A stretch of 64,000 nucleotides of DNA, from assembly GCA_030141605.1 (NCBI GenBank), contig JAQGDQ010000103.1, positions 434,001 through 498,000 of the forward strand. The letters run 5' to 3'. A program made the translations under genes and the position numbers. The notes under the pieces were generated by a model. That model saw only the letters and a program-made list of their open reading frames with translations, made no database searches and had not been told where the DNA came from. Numbering within the stretch: position 1 is the stretch's first letter; each line of letters begins with the position of its first letter. Source of the DNA: Tubiluchus corallicola. Its lineage: Eukaryota > Animalia > Priapulida. Positions 1-15,084 of this stretch are shown in pieces.

Positions 1-62
1 TTATGCAGTAAAAGTAAGGCTAGGTGTTTTCGCACAGAAAAACTAGAAATGGCTTTACTTAC

Positions 63-3000
63 TTCTAATGTCAAAGTTATTGTGTGCTCCAGATGGTTTC
101 CATGTACCCATGTTATAAAGTTCGGAAACATGCATTTCCACCTTGTTACAAGCTATCACCAAGCCAACCAAAGGCTGCAGAAAAACACTGGAAAATGGAT
201 CATCAGCCAACTGCTCCTGAAAAGTTAACAGAAAATGTGAGCTAAAAGTAGATAAACTCATACATTCATGACAATATAGTCATTATGGCACATTCAGACT
301 AACGAGTTTTCTCGCCACACAAACTCGCCAAGTAACTCACCAAGTAACTGCAAGTGACTATTTCTCTGAAAGTAAGTGTGACCTGATACTCCATTCTTTA
401 TTCACTGCGAGAAGTGTTGAGAGTAACTTGATGAGGGATTCACATTAGACAGTAAATCAACTCACAGCAACAGTGGAGTATTTGCAATTTTTCGCCTACA
501 GTAACTTGCAAAGAGGTTCACACTTGAGAATTTGATGTCAGAGAGAAAACTCACGATAGAATATTCGTTAGTGTAAATGCGCCATTATGTTGACCTCAAC
601 ACGGAAAAGGTAAAATGGCTTTATATCAGAAAAATCCACCACATTTTTTTCTGACAAACGAATAGCTGAAAGAACAGCTTATTTGAATTTTTTGTCATTC
701 AGTAGGCTTTCTAATTTTTTCCAATTCACAAAGTCAAAATGAAAATTTCCAATACAAACGAATAGAAGTAAATTTACGGTTTCACGCATAATTGTTCTTG
801 AGAAGTACCAACCATCTAAATAAGTTACTGATCTTCTGCTTCTTGCAAGAAACGTGAATCATTTTATTAAATCCTGCATTCAAATGTGTATCTTTCACAT
901 GGCACAAATTACCCATTTTACAGATTCAGCATGTCAAAAAACAAAACGTCGCTGTATTGCAATAGCTAATACAGTAATTGCCATTTAATAAAACCAACAC
1001 TGGACTACTAATAAGTAGTCCAAATAAATGGCAGTTTTATCGTGTGATGACGAAACCATTGACATTAACTTTCAGTGCGACTTTGACTAAGAACAGGTGA
1101 ATCTAGGAAGTGGGACTTGAATTTCAAATGCGTATCTTTTAAAATAGGCAAACTACCAAAAAACATTTCATTTTCTCATTTCTGTATCGCATATCACTGC
1201 ATTAATACGGTCTTATTGAACGGCAGACTGGTTTTATTAAGCGAATAAACCAAATATTAACTGTCATTTTCTTAACAATAGTTTCTATGGGAGTAATTGC
1301 GGACCGCGGCTAAATGGCTCAAAAATGTGGCTGGTTTTATTATCCTTGGTTTCATTAAGAAGCGACAACTGTAGTTGTTAACGGCAATACAAATCATAAT
1401 TAAGAGCTGAAAAATGATACTAATACTTTGAATTGACAACAAATCGCACATACTAATCACTTAAAGAGCAGCTGCCAGGTTTGGGTGAACAAAACAAACA
1501 TTTATACATACAATTTAAGAAAAGTATTGCGATTACAAATCATCTAGTGACAATTAATTAACATGTTACATATATTTATCCAAGCACATAAATAGCACAC
1601 AGGTATCTGCAGTTACTTGGGATTTTGTGAGAAGTAGCGCATCCAGGCTTTTCGCTGAACTGGCTCGGCTTTGTCTCAGCTGAGAAAGAAATCCAACTTG
1701 TTCACTCTTGGATTTGTGCATCTCCTGTATACAAAAATTTTTAAATAGAAAATTTGTCTTACAATCATCGTAAAAAACAGGTTCGGGTCTACGTGAAGTA
1801 TGCCTTATTATTGAATGTTGAATAACATGGACTTGCAGCAGTGTAGCTAGGCTCGTGTCTATGTGAAGTATCCCCTACTAATGAATGTAGAATAACATGG
1901 ACTTGCAGCGGTGTACCTAGATTCGTGTCTGCGTGAAGTATTTCCAACCATGGAATATTGTATAACATAGACTAACAGCAGTATAGCTAGGTTCGGGTCT
2001 ACGTGAAATATGCTCTACTTTGAAAGTTGAATAAAATTGCTAGTAAAAGCTTACCTAGGTTCAGGTCTACATGAAGTATGCCCTACTAATGAGTGTTGAA
2101 CAACATGGCTAGCAACAGTGCAGCTAGGCTGGGGCCTACGTGAAGTATGCCCTACTAATGACCGTTGAATAACATGACTTGGAGATGCATAGATGTATGA
2201 AAAAACAGTACTTATTTCAGAAAAAAGAAAGCAAAATTACCCGAGATGCTTTGTACAATATCTTTAGCTAAAGTAATTAGAGTCCAACGAAAGATAACGT
2301 GCACAATATAGCATATAAATACTTTAAAATTATGCAAAATGATTAAAATTTTATGTACTCCATTTTAGTTAAGTAAACTGGTACTACAGTTCCACAACTA
2401 AGTAAACCATTTCAAATTAACATGTATGGCAAATTTGTGGGCTTCAACAAAAACAATAGTAGGAATAAATAAGTTGCTCATTTTACCTGAGCAGAATCAA
2501 ATTTTATCGTGGCATCGTGAATGTACTCAATAATACTAATCAGTTCATCTGCAATCTTTTCCAAGTACAGATCATTTATTGCATCATAAGTTGTAGCGAC
2601 ATCTTTGAAAATGCCTGAAAATTTAAGATTCGTTGAACAAAAGATTAGAGTCAGGTCAATCAATTTCTATGGATATAATTTTAGTACAACATTGCTATTT
2701 ATTTGGGTTCAAAGCAAGATGATTTGCTATCCCATTCTGAAGTACGGTAAAAACTATACATATGAATACCTATAAAAATGCCGAAGTGTTTTAGACAATT
2801 AAATATTAGCTTGGAAACTTAACCAACCATTGGTGAACACAGCTGATGACGACGTCACAGATGAACATAATTTTCTAACAGCCAAACATTCTACAAGCAT
2901 GTTGTACAAGTTTACAAAAGCAATTGAAATATGGCATGTGCCATGTCATAACTGCACTGAGAGGTACAGCGTCTGATTTCTGTACAAAGAGTTTCCGAGA

Positions 3001-6000
3001 TGCAGGCACTAGTGGCCATCTAAGTAGCAAATGACAAAATGAACATAACAGTGAAGAACTAACGGTGCGAACGTGAAATTAAACCTCCATGGTTATAATT
3101 CATTCACATAAGTGTTTGTTGGAAAAACAATAATTTCCTTTCAATATCTTATAAGCTATATCATTTTCAGCTATAGTTTAACCTAACATTGGGTCTGGTT
3201 TTCCTTTAAAAGCTGAAATTTCTAACTACGCAACTATCAAAACAGGTATTTCTAACATTCCCAATAATTTCACACGTTATGAGTAAATTTGTATGCAGCA
3301 AAACATAACACAAGATGTAGCTTACAACAGAAATCTGAGGACACATACAACAGTTCACAATCAAAAATTTTAGTAAAATTGAAAACAAGTTTTTCATATA
3401 AGATTCAAGATTCCTGTGCTAGATGTCATTGCATTTAGCGAAAAATTTAAATGTACTTCGTTGTTTTGTATTTTGTTTTTCTTCACATGAAATGACTTTA
3501 GTGTAATAAAGTAATTGGTCAAAATGGATAACACTTTCATTAACAAGCTTAAATTATGCAAACTTTAGTAAAATTAGCAGCAGTAAGTTCTCGTGTGTTT
3601 AACTAATTCATTGAGTTTTTCTACACAGGTACATTGACTTTTTTATTTGACATAACAAAATTAAAATATATTCCTTGATATAATGCATTGTAATAATGTA
3701 ATTTTTGGTTTCAAATAATTAGCAGTGAAACATGCAGCTCCTTAATTTGTGAATACGATGAGCTCGAAAAGTGATTCTACCTGTGCTGAATATGAGGAAG
3801 TCTTCACTGATCATGAAAATGAAAATGTCGCAGAGAGAGACAAATCCTTTCACCACCGCATCAATATTTGCACTGCCTGTCAAAGATGGCATCAGCTCTC
3901 GCATGCACTTATCCGCTAGTCTGCTACGAACATTCTGTAAAACAATTCTAATGAAAGCATCATTGGTGCTTAGGTAATGGTGCTTAGTAACTGCTAATAA
4001 TAAACTGATGGCGTAATTACTCGAGTGCTGGTGTGGACATTTCAACATAAGAAAGACACTCCCACAATATGCCCTGATACTATATGATTTTTTTTTGGAA
4101 TTTTATTATTGGATATTATATGTGCTTCCTACAAAACTTACTATGTCTGAAGAAATGGGACTAGCCTTCCACACACACATTCTGCAACTACAGATGCACT
4201 GATTTAATCGGCTTTGGCAAATATTGGGCGTTTTTCTAGGAATCGACTGATCGGCCTATTATTGTAAATACTGCCAGGCTTAAAAGTGTGAGAAATATTC
4301 TGCCCAGAAGCCTGGTAAAAATTTATTAATTAATAAATCATTCAAATGAAAAGCAGTGAACTTTTCACAGGCTGAATTACGACGGCAAATCCATGTAATA
4401 GTAAATGGCAAGTCGAATAAAAACAAATGATGAGAATAAAGTAAACAAAAAAACATAGAAATGAATTACAGTGTTCTTGACAGGTATTCAAAATTGAGTT
4501 TAGCAGAATGGTCTACCAACTTTTAAATAATTATTAAATTAATCAGTAATTGGCCGATTATTTCTTTTGATCGGTTACTAGTTAATTGGTATTGGTAAAT
4601 CGGTAAATTCAACAATCAGTGCACTTCCACCTGGAACACATTCAATAAAAGTACTGATAATCTGCTGGTAGTGCAATCCCGAGAGGTGGCGTTAGACATT
4701 CAAAAGACATGACATTCCACTCCCAACTGCTAACCTCAATTCTACAACCAACCAACATAAGCATACGACAATAGGTAAAATAGCCAAGCTGCAGAAACAA
4801 TGCAGCAAACCTGGGTAGAATAAACAGATTCAGCACTTTACCCATAACCAGTGTTCAATTTGAAGTTTACTTCTGATTGCCATACAGTGTTTACCACAAA
4901 AAATGCTGAACAAAAAATATAAAACTACATGATAAAGTTACCTTGTAGTCTCTCCAGACATCCTGTACAGGGTACAAACATAACAAGCTACTGATATAAT
5001 TCCATCTTTTTAACTCTTCTATACAAATGATGGGTCTTCTTGTCAAAACCGGTAGCTTATTCAGCTTGTCTAAAATTCAGAAAAACGAAAATCAAGTGCA
5101 AATGATCACAAATGAGCAAAAGTCCGAAAAGCCGATTTACTAATCAGAAAACTAACCTAGAAAGTGTCTCCGAAAGCGTTCACAAATCTCGTCCCACTGC
5201 TGCTGTATTTGTAGCTCGCTGGCATCAACAACTGCATTAATCGACGCCAACGAATCGTTAATGGGATTTAACCCTCTCTCATAAGCCTAAAATAACAAGT
5301 TGCAAAAAATCAGTTATATCAATGAACAGTCACAATAGAAAGAGGAGTTTACCAAACTGGCAAATGTACCATGGCTCCTAAACAAACCCAAAACCTTAAC
5401 TTAATTTTTTATTAAAATTTCCAAATGATGAGGGAGGCACCATATTAAACTTGCCTGTGTCAACCATAGAAGCGTGTCAGCATGATAAACTACTCTTACA
5501 AACTTGAAGACATTGAAAACAGTTAAAATGTGGAAACGCGGTTGTCGTCAACTTACGACTTATGCAACTTACGAATGTTTGACTTTATGGTGTGACCACA
5601 ACTTAATTAATTCATTATACAAAACTAATTGTAAATCACATTTTCTCATTTTTTTAAAGAAAACTCATTTTAAATCGCAATCCACAGGCTGCGCCATACA
5701 AAATGCATGCAGACACACATCTTACACATAGGTGGGCACCACTTGAACATACGGAGTCCGACTTATGACCAATTCACCGGAATCGACTGTGGTGATAAGT
5801 CGACAACTATCTATACCTCAATGTTACTGTTTAAATGTCAAACAAAAATAGGATGAAGTTTATTAAGTTCTGTGTGCATTTTATCTGTTACCTTAGGAAA
5901 GCCAATCCATTTCTGATCTAAGTACCTTTCATATCTTAGAATAACTTATAACAAGAATTCTCAAACACCACACAAGTGACGTTCCATTACCTTTATTGTT

Positions 6001-9000
6001 GGGTAGTAGCGCATTACTGTAACCAATTACTCTGCTTAGTCTTGTAATCAGATCTCGTTACTTTGGAACTAATGTTACTAAACCTGCGTATACATGCCTA
6101 CATACATATGTAGCAGTAATACTGCATATCAAAGAATTTTTAAACTTAACTTAAGCTGTTTTGATCGTTTAGTGACAATAATTCCTTTTGTTTATCTCTG
6201 CCATGCAACACCTGTATGTTAATTGCAAACGGCGGTTTATTACTTTGCTCAGCTAATGACCTAATTTGACATTCTGACTGATTGCATAATAAGAACTTTT
6301 ACAGCTGCAGCTCAGTAAAGCCAGGCCCAGCTAGGGGTCACCTGGCCTTGTAAAATAACATGGCTGAATGCTGTCGTGTGTGTACAGTTGTTTTCAAAGA
6401 ATACAGGTGACAGAGATCAAGCTTTGACAATTTTAAAAGCAATATGGTCATTACTTTAATTTTGTAAATGTAGCATTGCAGTGCACCTTGTGTGCAAGGA
6501 AAAAACATCTACATCTAAAAACTCCATGCTGTAGGGAATTAACCTAATGACAGCTTTAGGAGTACTGCAGAAACAATGCTCTGATTTCACTAAAGCCAAA
6601 CTGATGCACATGCACACTTTTTGCTAAAGCATCACTCAAACTAGGACAGAAAAGTAATCAGTAATTGAGTAAGGGATTACCCTTGCTAAAAGTAATCAGT
6701 AACTACTAGTTTGACTACAATTTTTCCGAAGTAATTAGTAATTGGCACAGATTACTTTTCAAAAGTAATGAATCTAGCACTGATTACCATACTAAAAAGG
6801 GTGTAACTAAGGACCCACAGATAAACCAGTCTCACTCAATACAAATGACTGATTACACAATCTTCACGAGTGAAAACTGTTTCTTACTTACTGAAGAATA
6901 TACGGGCAAAGATATACCCTCCCTTGCAGAAAACTCCAACAAGTCAGACAGGATTAAGTCTTCCGAGTTAGGGTGAGCATCCATGATCATTTGCTGAAAA
7001 AGGCAAATCAGTACTTGTAAACCAAAGGTCCTAAATTCAAATTAAAGCTTAGTCATAAATTCTTCGCATTTCTTTTTTTCACTGAAATCTGATTTTAAAA
7101 AGACTAATAATTCTAGGACATACTACATCAGAAAATCTCTAGTGCAAAAGCTTATTAAACTGGAATTCATGGCAATAAAAACATCACACAAATTAATAAC
7201 ATAACAGCTTACCACACGTTTGAGTATGGCTTGAATGTCTGTAAAATCTGCATCGAAGCACGAGTTCTTGTCAAACAAGTTCGAAGTGTTTAAAAACTCC
7301 ACTGCCTCTTCAGCCGTATTGTGCTGCTTACTGTTTGGTAGTTCATTGACCATTTTCAAAATGTCGCTCATTATGGAGTCAATGCTACACAAAGCAAACG
7401 ATATTTGATAGACAACAGTCTCAAACTTATATTATATATATGTGCTTGCATACCAAAACTGTCCATAAGTCGGCACAGTTAAAACCACGTTATGTTGTTT
7501 CAAAGTAGAATGACCCAAAAATTTGGTCAATTGCCAATTTTTCGTATTTTGTAAAAACCAATGCTAAATATATTGGACTTTTATAATCTAACATCAAATT
7601 ATCAGGAAAGTGTTCAAAAACACTAAAAATTTAATTTATAACTCCTTATCCACTTTTCTGTCTAGAAACTAGTCCTGCAATTGTACTAAAAAACTCCAAT
7701 TGTAGCACGTGGAAGCAGTCATTTTGCTTCGGGTTTTTTCTGTTGACAACCCACAGAAAACTTCCGTGTGGTTGCTAAGTATTTTGTAGAAACACAACAA
7801 AAACAATGTCTGACTGTAACCCCCAACGATTTTCTCAAGATTATGTATTTTAGTGCGTAGCCTGTAACTCAACTTCAACATGGATTAGCTCAACTTAGAA
7901 ATAACATAGAGCGATGAGCTTGGTATCAAAATGATCCTCATGAAATGGATATTCAGGATATGTGATAACTAGAAAAGCTTAACAGCCGACTTTTAGATGA
8001 TTTTGCTATGAAAGGACACATATAAAACATGGGGGGTGACAAAAAAGCGTCGAAGATTAGACTACAATAATATTACAAGCAAGTGCTTCATAAAGTTGAA
8101 CTTCCTCAGCATGATTCTGCAATACATTAACAATTGGCTATACTTTAAACTTTAATTAACTGCTTTTATTTGCAAAGAACTTCAATTAGTTGAAATACTA
8201 ACTGGTTTAAAAGTTAAGTGCACACTGTGAACTACCCCAGATTCTGTTAAGCATTATGCCTATTTCTTTCGAAGTTACATATAAAAACAGTTTAAATCAG
8301 CTTTAGATTTTCTCTCTTTATTTTGTTTCATAGATTAATCTGAGCGATGATGTCATCATCCTCTCTTCAATAATTCCTAATAACTCTCTCACGTACAGAA
8401 CTGTTAAAATTATATTAATTTAATAGTAAATTTAGTAAAATAGTGCAATGTTCCGGGTAGTGGCCTGGCTACTACCAACTGACTAGATGCAGCATAATCA
8501 GCTTACAACAAGTTTCACTGGACCAGCAAAATATGCCCACTATAACTGAGCCAGATTACGGCGAAAGTCGATTGCTCAATTGTATGTACAAGATAGAAAA
8601 GAAGCCTATTCAGTGGATATGACATAATAATGAAAAGAACACTTTCTTTCGAAACTGTCACAAGTTCATCTAATGGCTGTCACTGTTAAGCAACTATTTT
8701 ATCACAAAAGATTAACCTATTAGTGTTTAAAAACTCTTTTATTTCTAGTATTAGTGCATTATTATCCACACATTTAATTTCTCGATAAAACACTACACAA
8801 GTTACTTTTCTAAACCACTGCTGTGATTAATGCCTATGATGTCTGCTGATAATTGAGTGTGCGTGGGTGTTATTTATGATCATTTAAATGCCTGCATGCA
8901 CAAGACAATGGAATGTAGTTAGTTCTGCATGGTGGAAAATATGGCTGTTTTTTATTTAAATAGCTGTGCAGGTGCAGTAAAATAATATTATGAAGCATTT

Positions 9001-10605
9001 CACAACAGGCCTACATCATCTAACAATTAAAATTATGGTTTGCCAGGTTTTCTACCTGGGAATTGGTCTATCCAGAAACCGTTCAACCTGGAAACTGGTC
9101 AACCTGGAAAAAGGTCTACCTGAGAACTGATCTACCTGGGAAAATGATCTATGTGGGAGCCAGTCTATCTGGAAATGGTTTACTTTGGAAGGATTCTCTA
9201 GAGTGAGTGAATGTATAAGGTAAATTTTTGAGGTCAGTTTCCCTGTTGCATAGAGTGACCTCCCAAGTCGTCTAATGTCAGCCTTCTTGCACTAAAGCAT
9301 TTGATATTCCAACTAGGGGTCAGCATCGAAAACTATATTCGAATTTGACTTGGATTCGAAAATGCTGAAATTCGGATTGATTCCTTATTTCCTCTATTTT
9401 CCAGTCTCCTTTCTACTTGTTTTTCCAGTCGCCATGTCCACCTTGGGACAAAAAAAGTTTATAATCTGCCATTATTAACCTGGCAGATTAGAGATACAGA
9501 CCACAGCAGCATAATAAACTGCATCTGTGTTATTAACAGTCAAAAGTGAATAAACGGAATGATATACAAAGTGGAAATATAAACCATTCTTCTAAAACAA
9601 TTCCATGGAATCCATGTGCATGTGACTGGTTGTTGGAAATAGCTTTCCAAATTAAAGTAATTATTTAAAATTTTACTGTACAAAGTATTGCAAACGTGTT
9701 AGGCTGTGTTTAAAGCCATATGAATAACTAGTTTATATAGTGAAGATAGCGCATTAATTTGGTAAAAATTATCCATAGCTGCATTGATGACCCATGAAAT
9801 GACTGCTGTCTGCACATTCATGATTTAGTTTGCCTTACATCCATTTACATTTGACATAAATAGCAAAGTAATTCGTATAATTAACAGCTAACAGCCAATC
9901 AATTATCTATCCGCATATTAGCATACGATACAAAACCTATTGGTAAAAATTGTCTGACGCAAATTGTTTCAGACAAAATTTAGCTGCACATGGGAAATTT
10001 TGTAATGATGCTTCATTATTACTGTGTCACGGGTAAATCTTGCAAGCAAGGCTGACATTAAAAATACTTCTATTTCCGTCTAATCGCCTGGGTAATACTT
10101 TTTGATCGCCGACCTGGCCAGGAATTTTACATTTTTTTTTACATTTATATACTTACCTGACGCAGACATATAAAATAATTTTTTTTAATTTAAAATGCAA
10201 AATGTAAAAATTATTATAACTCGCTGTTTCAGCGAGAGTGCAGCTATGTTTTTATATGTACAGCTAATTCTCGGCCAGGGTTGCCCTTTTGTATGATGCT
10301 GATTATCATATTGGAGGCTAAAAGGTATAGTATTTTCCCCCAAATCAGTATTTTGACCCCAACGGCCGAGTAGTGTTGCCCGTAGAGCTTCCACCGTGCG
10401 CACCTTTATCCTACATTAACTGCTTAAAAGAAGAAAATATAAATAATAACGATATGAGATTAATGAAGGCTACTCACTGCTTAGCATTTTCTTCTAGTTG
10501 TGAATCTAATTTTGAGGAAGCATTAGCTAAAGTCTCAAGAAGAGGCACCATTCCATTTTGCAGAAATGCTCCGACTCCTATGCCGGTAGCTGTCAATTCA
10601 TCCAT
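63..10605 (-). CDS. KIAA0825: KIAA0825-like protein, N-terminal part (gene continues beyond the window start)
   Basis: GT-AG exons with consistent phases: 10478-10605, 7213-7384, 6892-6993, 5157-5286, 4942-5069, 3781-3934, 2487-2614, 1617-1724, 63-216. Spliced peptides QQQWDEICERFRRHFLDKL, LLCLYPVQDVWRDYKNVRSRL, MISEDF and INDLYLEKIADEL resemble, in the same order, the human KIAA0825 segments I recall (MWDDIRLHLRRFLVSKL, LLFLYPESEV, IKEDF, IKETYLDTVTEEM). Confidence 0.85.
284..586. mobile_element. PIF/Harbinger-like MITE
   Basis: Terminal inverted repeats GGCACATTCAGACTAACGA / TCGTTAGTGTAAATGCGCC. A reverse-complement copy of the interior lies at ~36070-36260. Confidence 0.6.
1780..2180. repeat. 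Minisatellite, ~69-70 bp unit, ~6 copies
   Basis: Unit GGTTCGGGTCTACGTGAAGTATGCC...GTTGAATAACATGGACTTGCAGCAGTGTAGCTA starts near 1780, 1850, 1920, 1990, 2058 and 2127. Confidence 0.9.
4189..4629. mobile_element. hAT-like MITE
   Basis: Inverted ends GATGCACTGAT / ATCAGTGCAC with repeated subterminal ATCGG motifs. Confidence 0.5.
5537..5815. mobile_element. Tigger/pogo-like MITE
   Basis: Ends GGTTGTCGTCAACTTACGAC and GATAAGTCGACAACTATC resemble the Tigger-type TIR with repeated ACTTACGAC. Confidence 0.5.
5994..6782. mobile_element. Non-autonomous hAT element
   Basis: Degenerate ends TGTTGGGTAGTAGCG ... ATCTAGCACTG with dense subterminal AGTAAT/ATTACT motifs. Confidence 0.55.
7439..8022. mobile_element. 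TIR MITE
   Basis: TATGTGCTTGCATACCAAAACTGTCCATAAGTCGG approximates the reverse complement of CCGACTTTTAGATGATTTTGCTATGAAAGGACACATA. Confidence 0.55.
9048..9192. repeat. Degenerate 17-18 bp tandem array (GGTCTACCTGGAAA-type)
   Basis: About eight diverged units are visible. Confidence 0.75.
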
Positions 10606-11918
10606 GCTATGTTGTGGAAGAGCAACCAACTGCTATGTACTAGTTAAGAGTAGAAATAAGTTATTAATAATATACTCAGAATCCCAGTCTTCCAACGAAA
10701 TGTCTTCAATTGCCGAATGGCTTCAAAATTTTGAAAGCAATATAAACTACTTAAATAGTCTCACATTTTTTCATTCGTCCATAAATTTTATTCATTCTCA
10801 CTTGAAATCACTTCTCAGTTTTAAATCATGATTAACATACACATGTACACGTGTAACAAGCTAGGCTAGTATTTAGTAAGATTGGCGGTGCAAACTCTAT
10901 TTTGTTTTGACCACAGATACGAAATTCTAATCACCAGAATTTGCTGTCAAATTCCTCAGAAGTAACTTCAATTTTCAAAATCTTCAGATCTTCACAAAAT
11001 CTACCTGACCAGAAAAACTGAGCAAGTTAAATTAAGCATAACTACTCTTTTTTCGTTTCACAATTTTACACTAAAAGTATTTGGCAGAAGTAGCCACGTG
11101 AATAGGAAAATAAATCTCCAGGCGGTACAATCGATCAAACATAACGGGAACTCATAGAATAAGATCAAAGGATAGGGACCACAGAAGTAGTAATACTCAA
11201 CAGTTCCCGCAGTTAGTGTCGCCCTAGCGTTGTTGTCAAGTACGCTATAACGCAGTGGTTCCCAAACTTTCTCGAACCGTTACCCAAATCGGGAAACCCG
11301 GTCGTGTCCATTACCCCCCACCTATATACATGTGTACACATCACTTATATTTAGCCTAATTTCTTAAGATGCAGTTAGGCTGGTGTCACAATAAATGTTC
11401 ATTAAATACAGTTTGTTTACGTGTAAAAAAGTATACTTGTATAAGCATACTAATAAAGCACCTGTGGCTAAATCTACAGACAAGTCTTGATAAATAATTT
11501 ATTTATTGACGGGCTTAAATTAATTGATTTTACATTGGCCTAGGTGCTAAGGGCAATCAATTTACAATGTTAAATATATAGGCTCAGCTTCATAGAATCT
11601 CTTATGTAATAATGCATACATGTATATGAGTGTGTGTGCATGGGTGTATTAAGACGCTACGACGCCCTAGGCTGGCAGTTCAGTCCTACTCATCTCTACT
11701 ACTGTATTGATTATTTATATATGAGACACTGCGTGCAATTACTTGTTGTGTGCGTGCTTGTGTGCGCATTGTTTATATACAAACCTGCAATATGATATAT
11801 GTGTAATTATATAGGTTAATTGCAGGGTACGTAAATTGGTGCAATTTTTAATGTGCCAAATCCGCCTCCTCGCATTGGAGCAAAACAAATTGCAGAACCT
11901 TTAACAAAAGGAAAAGAA

Positions 11919-11921
<3 letters not shown>

Positions 11922-11990
<69 letters not shown>
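11922..11990. repeat. (CT)n microsatellite
   Basis: Read directly from the sequence. Confidence 0.98.
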
Positions 11991-11991
<1 letters not shown>

Positions 11992-12829
11992 AAAGAGGGA
12001 GGGAGAGAAAAATCAATAAATCAATAAAAAGGCATTACTTTTTTACATAATAGGCAGGACATCACGCAATCAGCTAGCCTCTTTCCTACTTGCAAATAAA
12101 CTGAAGAAGTATTTGCAAGCACACAATACAAACTTATTGGTACAACTGTTTTTCGTTTTCATGAAATGTTTTTAGCTTTTTTTAACTAATATTTGCGTTT
12201 GTTTGAGATATTCTTTTTTGTTAAAAACGCAAAAGTGATTTTGGCTTACCAAAATTGCGCGTATGCCAACACTATTGGTAGACTTAAGAATATTATTATT
12301 ACAGGCAATGCGCGGCTCAAAGCTTTTAATCATCCGCCGAGTGATGCCGCCAGCGTAGCCGCTAATCGCAATACGCAATAAAGAGATTCCTTTCCTACAC
12401 TTTGATAAGATGGCGCTTTCTGTAGGCGCACGCGCTATATCTAAATGTATGCGGGGGCTGGACCATGGATATAGAACACGACCAACGTGATTTCGATTTA
12501 ATTGCGTTTTTTTTCAACACACATCACATTAATCATCATCGACGAACAGCACTTTTCTGAAATCCTATTAAACAAGAGGTTAGCTGACTATATGATGATG
12601 GAGTCTTTTGCTATTCTGTCCGTCTGCGACTTTGTAAATTATTATGATTGTGTTATTGTGACTTGATTTTCTTTTGAAGGGCCATATAAACAATTCTAAA
12701 CAATTCTGACAGGGTCTAACATAACCAGTATCATGCCCTCAATACTTAACGTTGCACGTCTGCCATAGCCTGTAATCTTAGGGGGTATATGATTGTAATC
12801 AGAGACTGAAAGAGATAAGGGTCGAGCTC

Positions 12830-13500
12830 AAAACTTGTCAAACACATCTTATGGATGTCTCCAAACTTTTCTTTGGGTTATTGATCAATAATATATTACT
12901 GGATCTTCTTCATACCTTTCTGGATAACTCCAATGTGTTTATGTGTTTGGCACTAGCAGGGTAAATGTCATGTGAATTTTTGAGGCGTTCAATTCAACCT
13001 GCTTTCATGATGTCCTTCAGGATTGCTGCAGGACGCTCAAACTCAGCACAAGCTATTGAGAGCATGATCGATTCTCAAAATTCTCTTTGATGTAATAAAT
13101 TGTTTTGTACTATTACTCGTTGTCTTTGCACCAGTGCTCTCTAGCAAACGATAATGTAACAACCTGTAACTGCTGAATCAGTAGAGGATCTAGGCCTACC
13201 ATGCTTTCAATTATTAGTGCACTGTTTTGTGAAAGCCCTCGGTGTCTCGCATAACCTTCAATACTGAGAGGAGTGATCAGAGATTTGAAGAGACAAAGAT
13301 CAAACTTACGATTTTTTAACACACCCGGCAGTTGTCTCGCACCCTTGTCTTTTAAACGTCAACCAATGGTATGCTTTTGATCATCTTAACCTCCAGTAAT
13401 TTTTCTCACACCAGTTCCTATGTGTTTGCCCTGGTTATGTCTGGTGTATTTTCAGGCCAATATACCGCTCATCAAGATGGGCGACACGCATTAATATTGA
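12830..13500 (-). pseudogene. Degenerate hAT transposase C-terminal fragment
   Basis: Minus-strand translation IMLSIACAEFERPAAILKDIMK resembles the hAT dimerisation motif (..S.A..ERSFS.LK.IK). Stops and frameshifts are present. A hAT-type terminus CAGTGGTTCCCAAAC lies at 11253. Confidence 0.4.
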
Positions 13501-15084
13501 GGGTCTGACAATTATCAATTGATTCAGCCATTCTTTCTTGCAATAAATTGTTAGTGCACCACTACTCGTAGTTTGTGTGCTCCTCCCTTTAGCAAAATGT
13601 CATACTCCACCAAGTACTATAGAAAACCCGTCCATACCACTTATCTATATTAGGTTTAATTGTACTTCATCACAAACATTTTTGCTTGCTGAATTCCAGA
13701 CAGTATTGGCAAAGATACTTAGAAGACAAACCAGTGTTTACTTTTTGTATTACGTGTACATTCGCAAAATGAAACTCCTCAGCGATTTTACAGTCAGTAA
13801 CAACTTACGTTCGGTAAATGAACCTATTATGCCATCAAAAGGAGTGTGAATCAAACTTGCTAAACGTACAGTACCTGGAATGGTTAGAAATACTGTAGTC
13901 AAATTTATAGGTTTCTCCAGGTCAAAAAAGGCGCTGGATCAAATCTGTCCTAGCTTGGTAGACAACATGAGTTGAATCTTTTCAAATTAATAAAAATATT
14001 GTTGGTCTCAAGATAATTGGTTTTCTATTTTTTTAATTTAATTTTTTAGGCTGTTACAAGAGACTGCAAAAAAACATTGCGGTTTTTAGATTTGTTTATT
14101 AAATTGCATAATTTTTGTGGTTTGCCGTATGCGTTACACAAATTACAACATCCTTTTAATCATAAATAACAACATCATTTTAATCTATCGACAGTTTTGC
14201 TCTGCTCCTTGCTCTGATCATGTGCAGCTATTCCCAATTGAATAACATAACAACAGCCAATTAGCTGTCTAGTTGTAAAATCCATTATCCTCTGTGAATC
14301 TACATGTACAATTCTCAATCACCATACAAAAGTCATGTTTACGTTGAAAAAATGCATACGGATAGTTTCACAGATGACATTTACGTGTAAGATTGCTAAT
14401 GTCGTTTGTAGGTTTCGTACAAGGTAGGTGGAGTATAACTTTACACGAAAGCACGCAGGTTGAATCTGGTCACTAACCAACTAACTAATAACGTCCACAG
14501 CTAGGTAGCTCTTTGGGCAAGTGACTATCTGAGCCGTTGCATTATGTACCGGGGGTGAAAGAGGCTCGCAGTAGGCAATAATGCAGAACATTTTCGTGTA
14601 GTAATTTTTGTACTACAATTGGCATTGGAGAACTCAGCCATTTGTAACAAATGGCCTGTTATAAATATTTGGCCATTTGGCGTTTAAGCTGCACTTCAAA
14701 AAATTAACAACAGAGTATTAACGCTTATTGCTACCATTTCTGCTGACATTTATTCGTGGTCTCGCATCTATGCCGGACATACATGGAGCTCATAATCACG
14801 GAAACCAATAACTTAATGATTTAATGTGTTTTGGCAGTTTTGCAGCATTTTAAGTAACGGAGAGCAAAATTATTAGTGCGAATCTTCCCTAATGAATATT
14901 CCGGTTGCCTAACGTAGCGTGAAACTAATTTGTTTAACGCCTGGGCACAGTGGGGCTAGCCTGTTTTCGAAGTCGACTAGCTGCGATTGTTGTTAATTAA
15001 TTTGTATTCTCGCACAATAGCGTACAAAAGGAGTTGCATACGGATTCAGCCTGTGGGGTCTTTCGTGCAGACTACATCAGACAT

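Noticed and set aside
3206-3397. Possible extra KIAA0825 exon
   Set aside because: It has an in-frame stop, and the neighbouring exons already join in phase.
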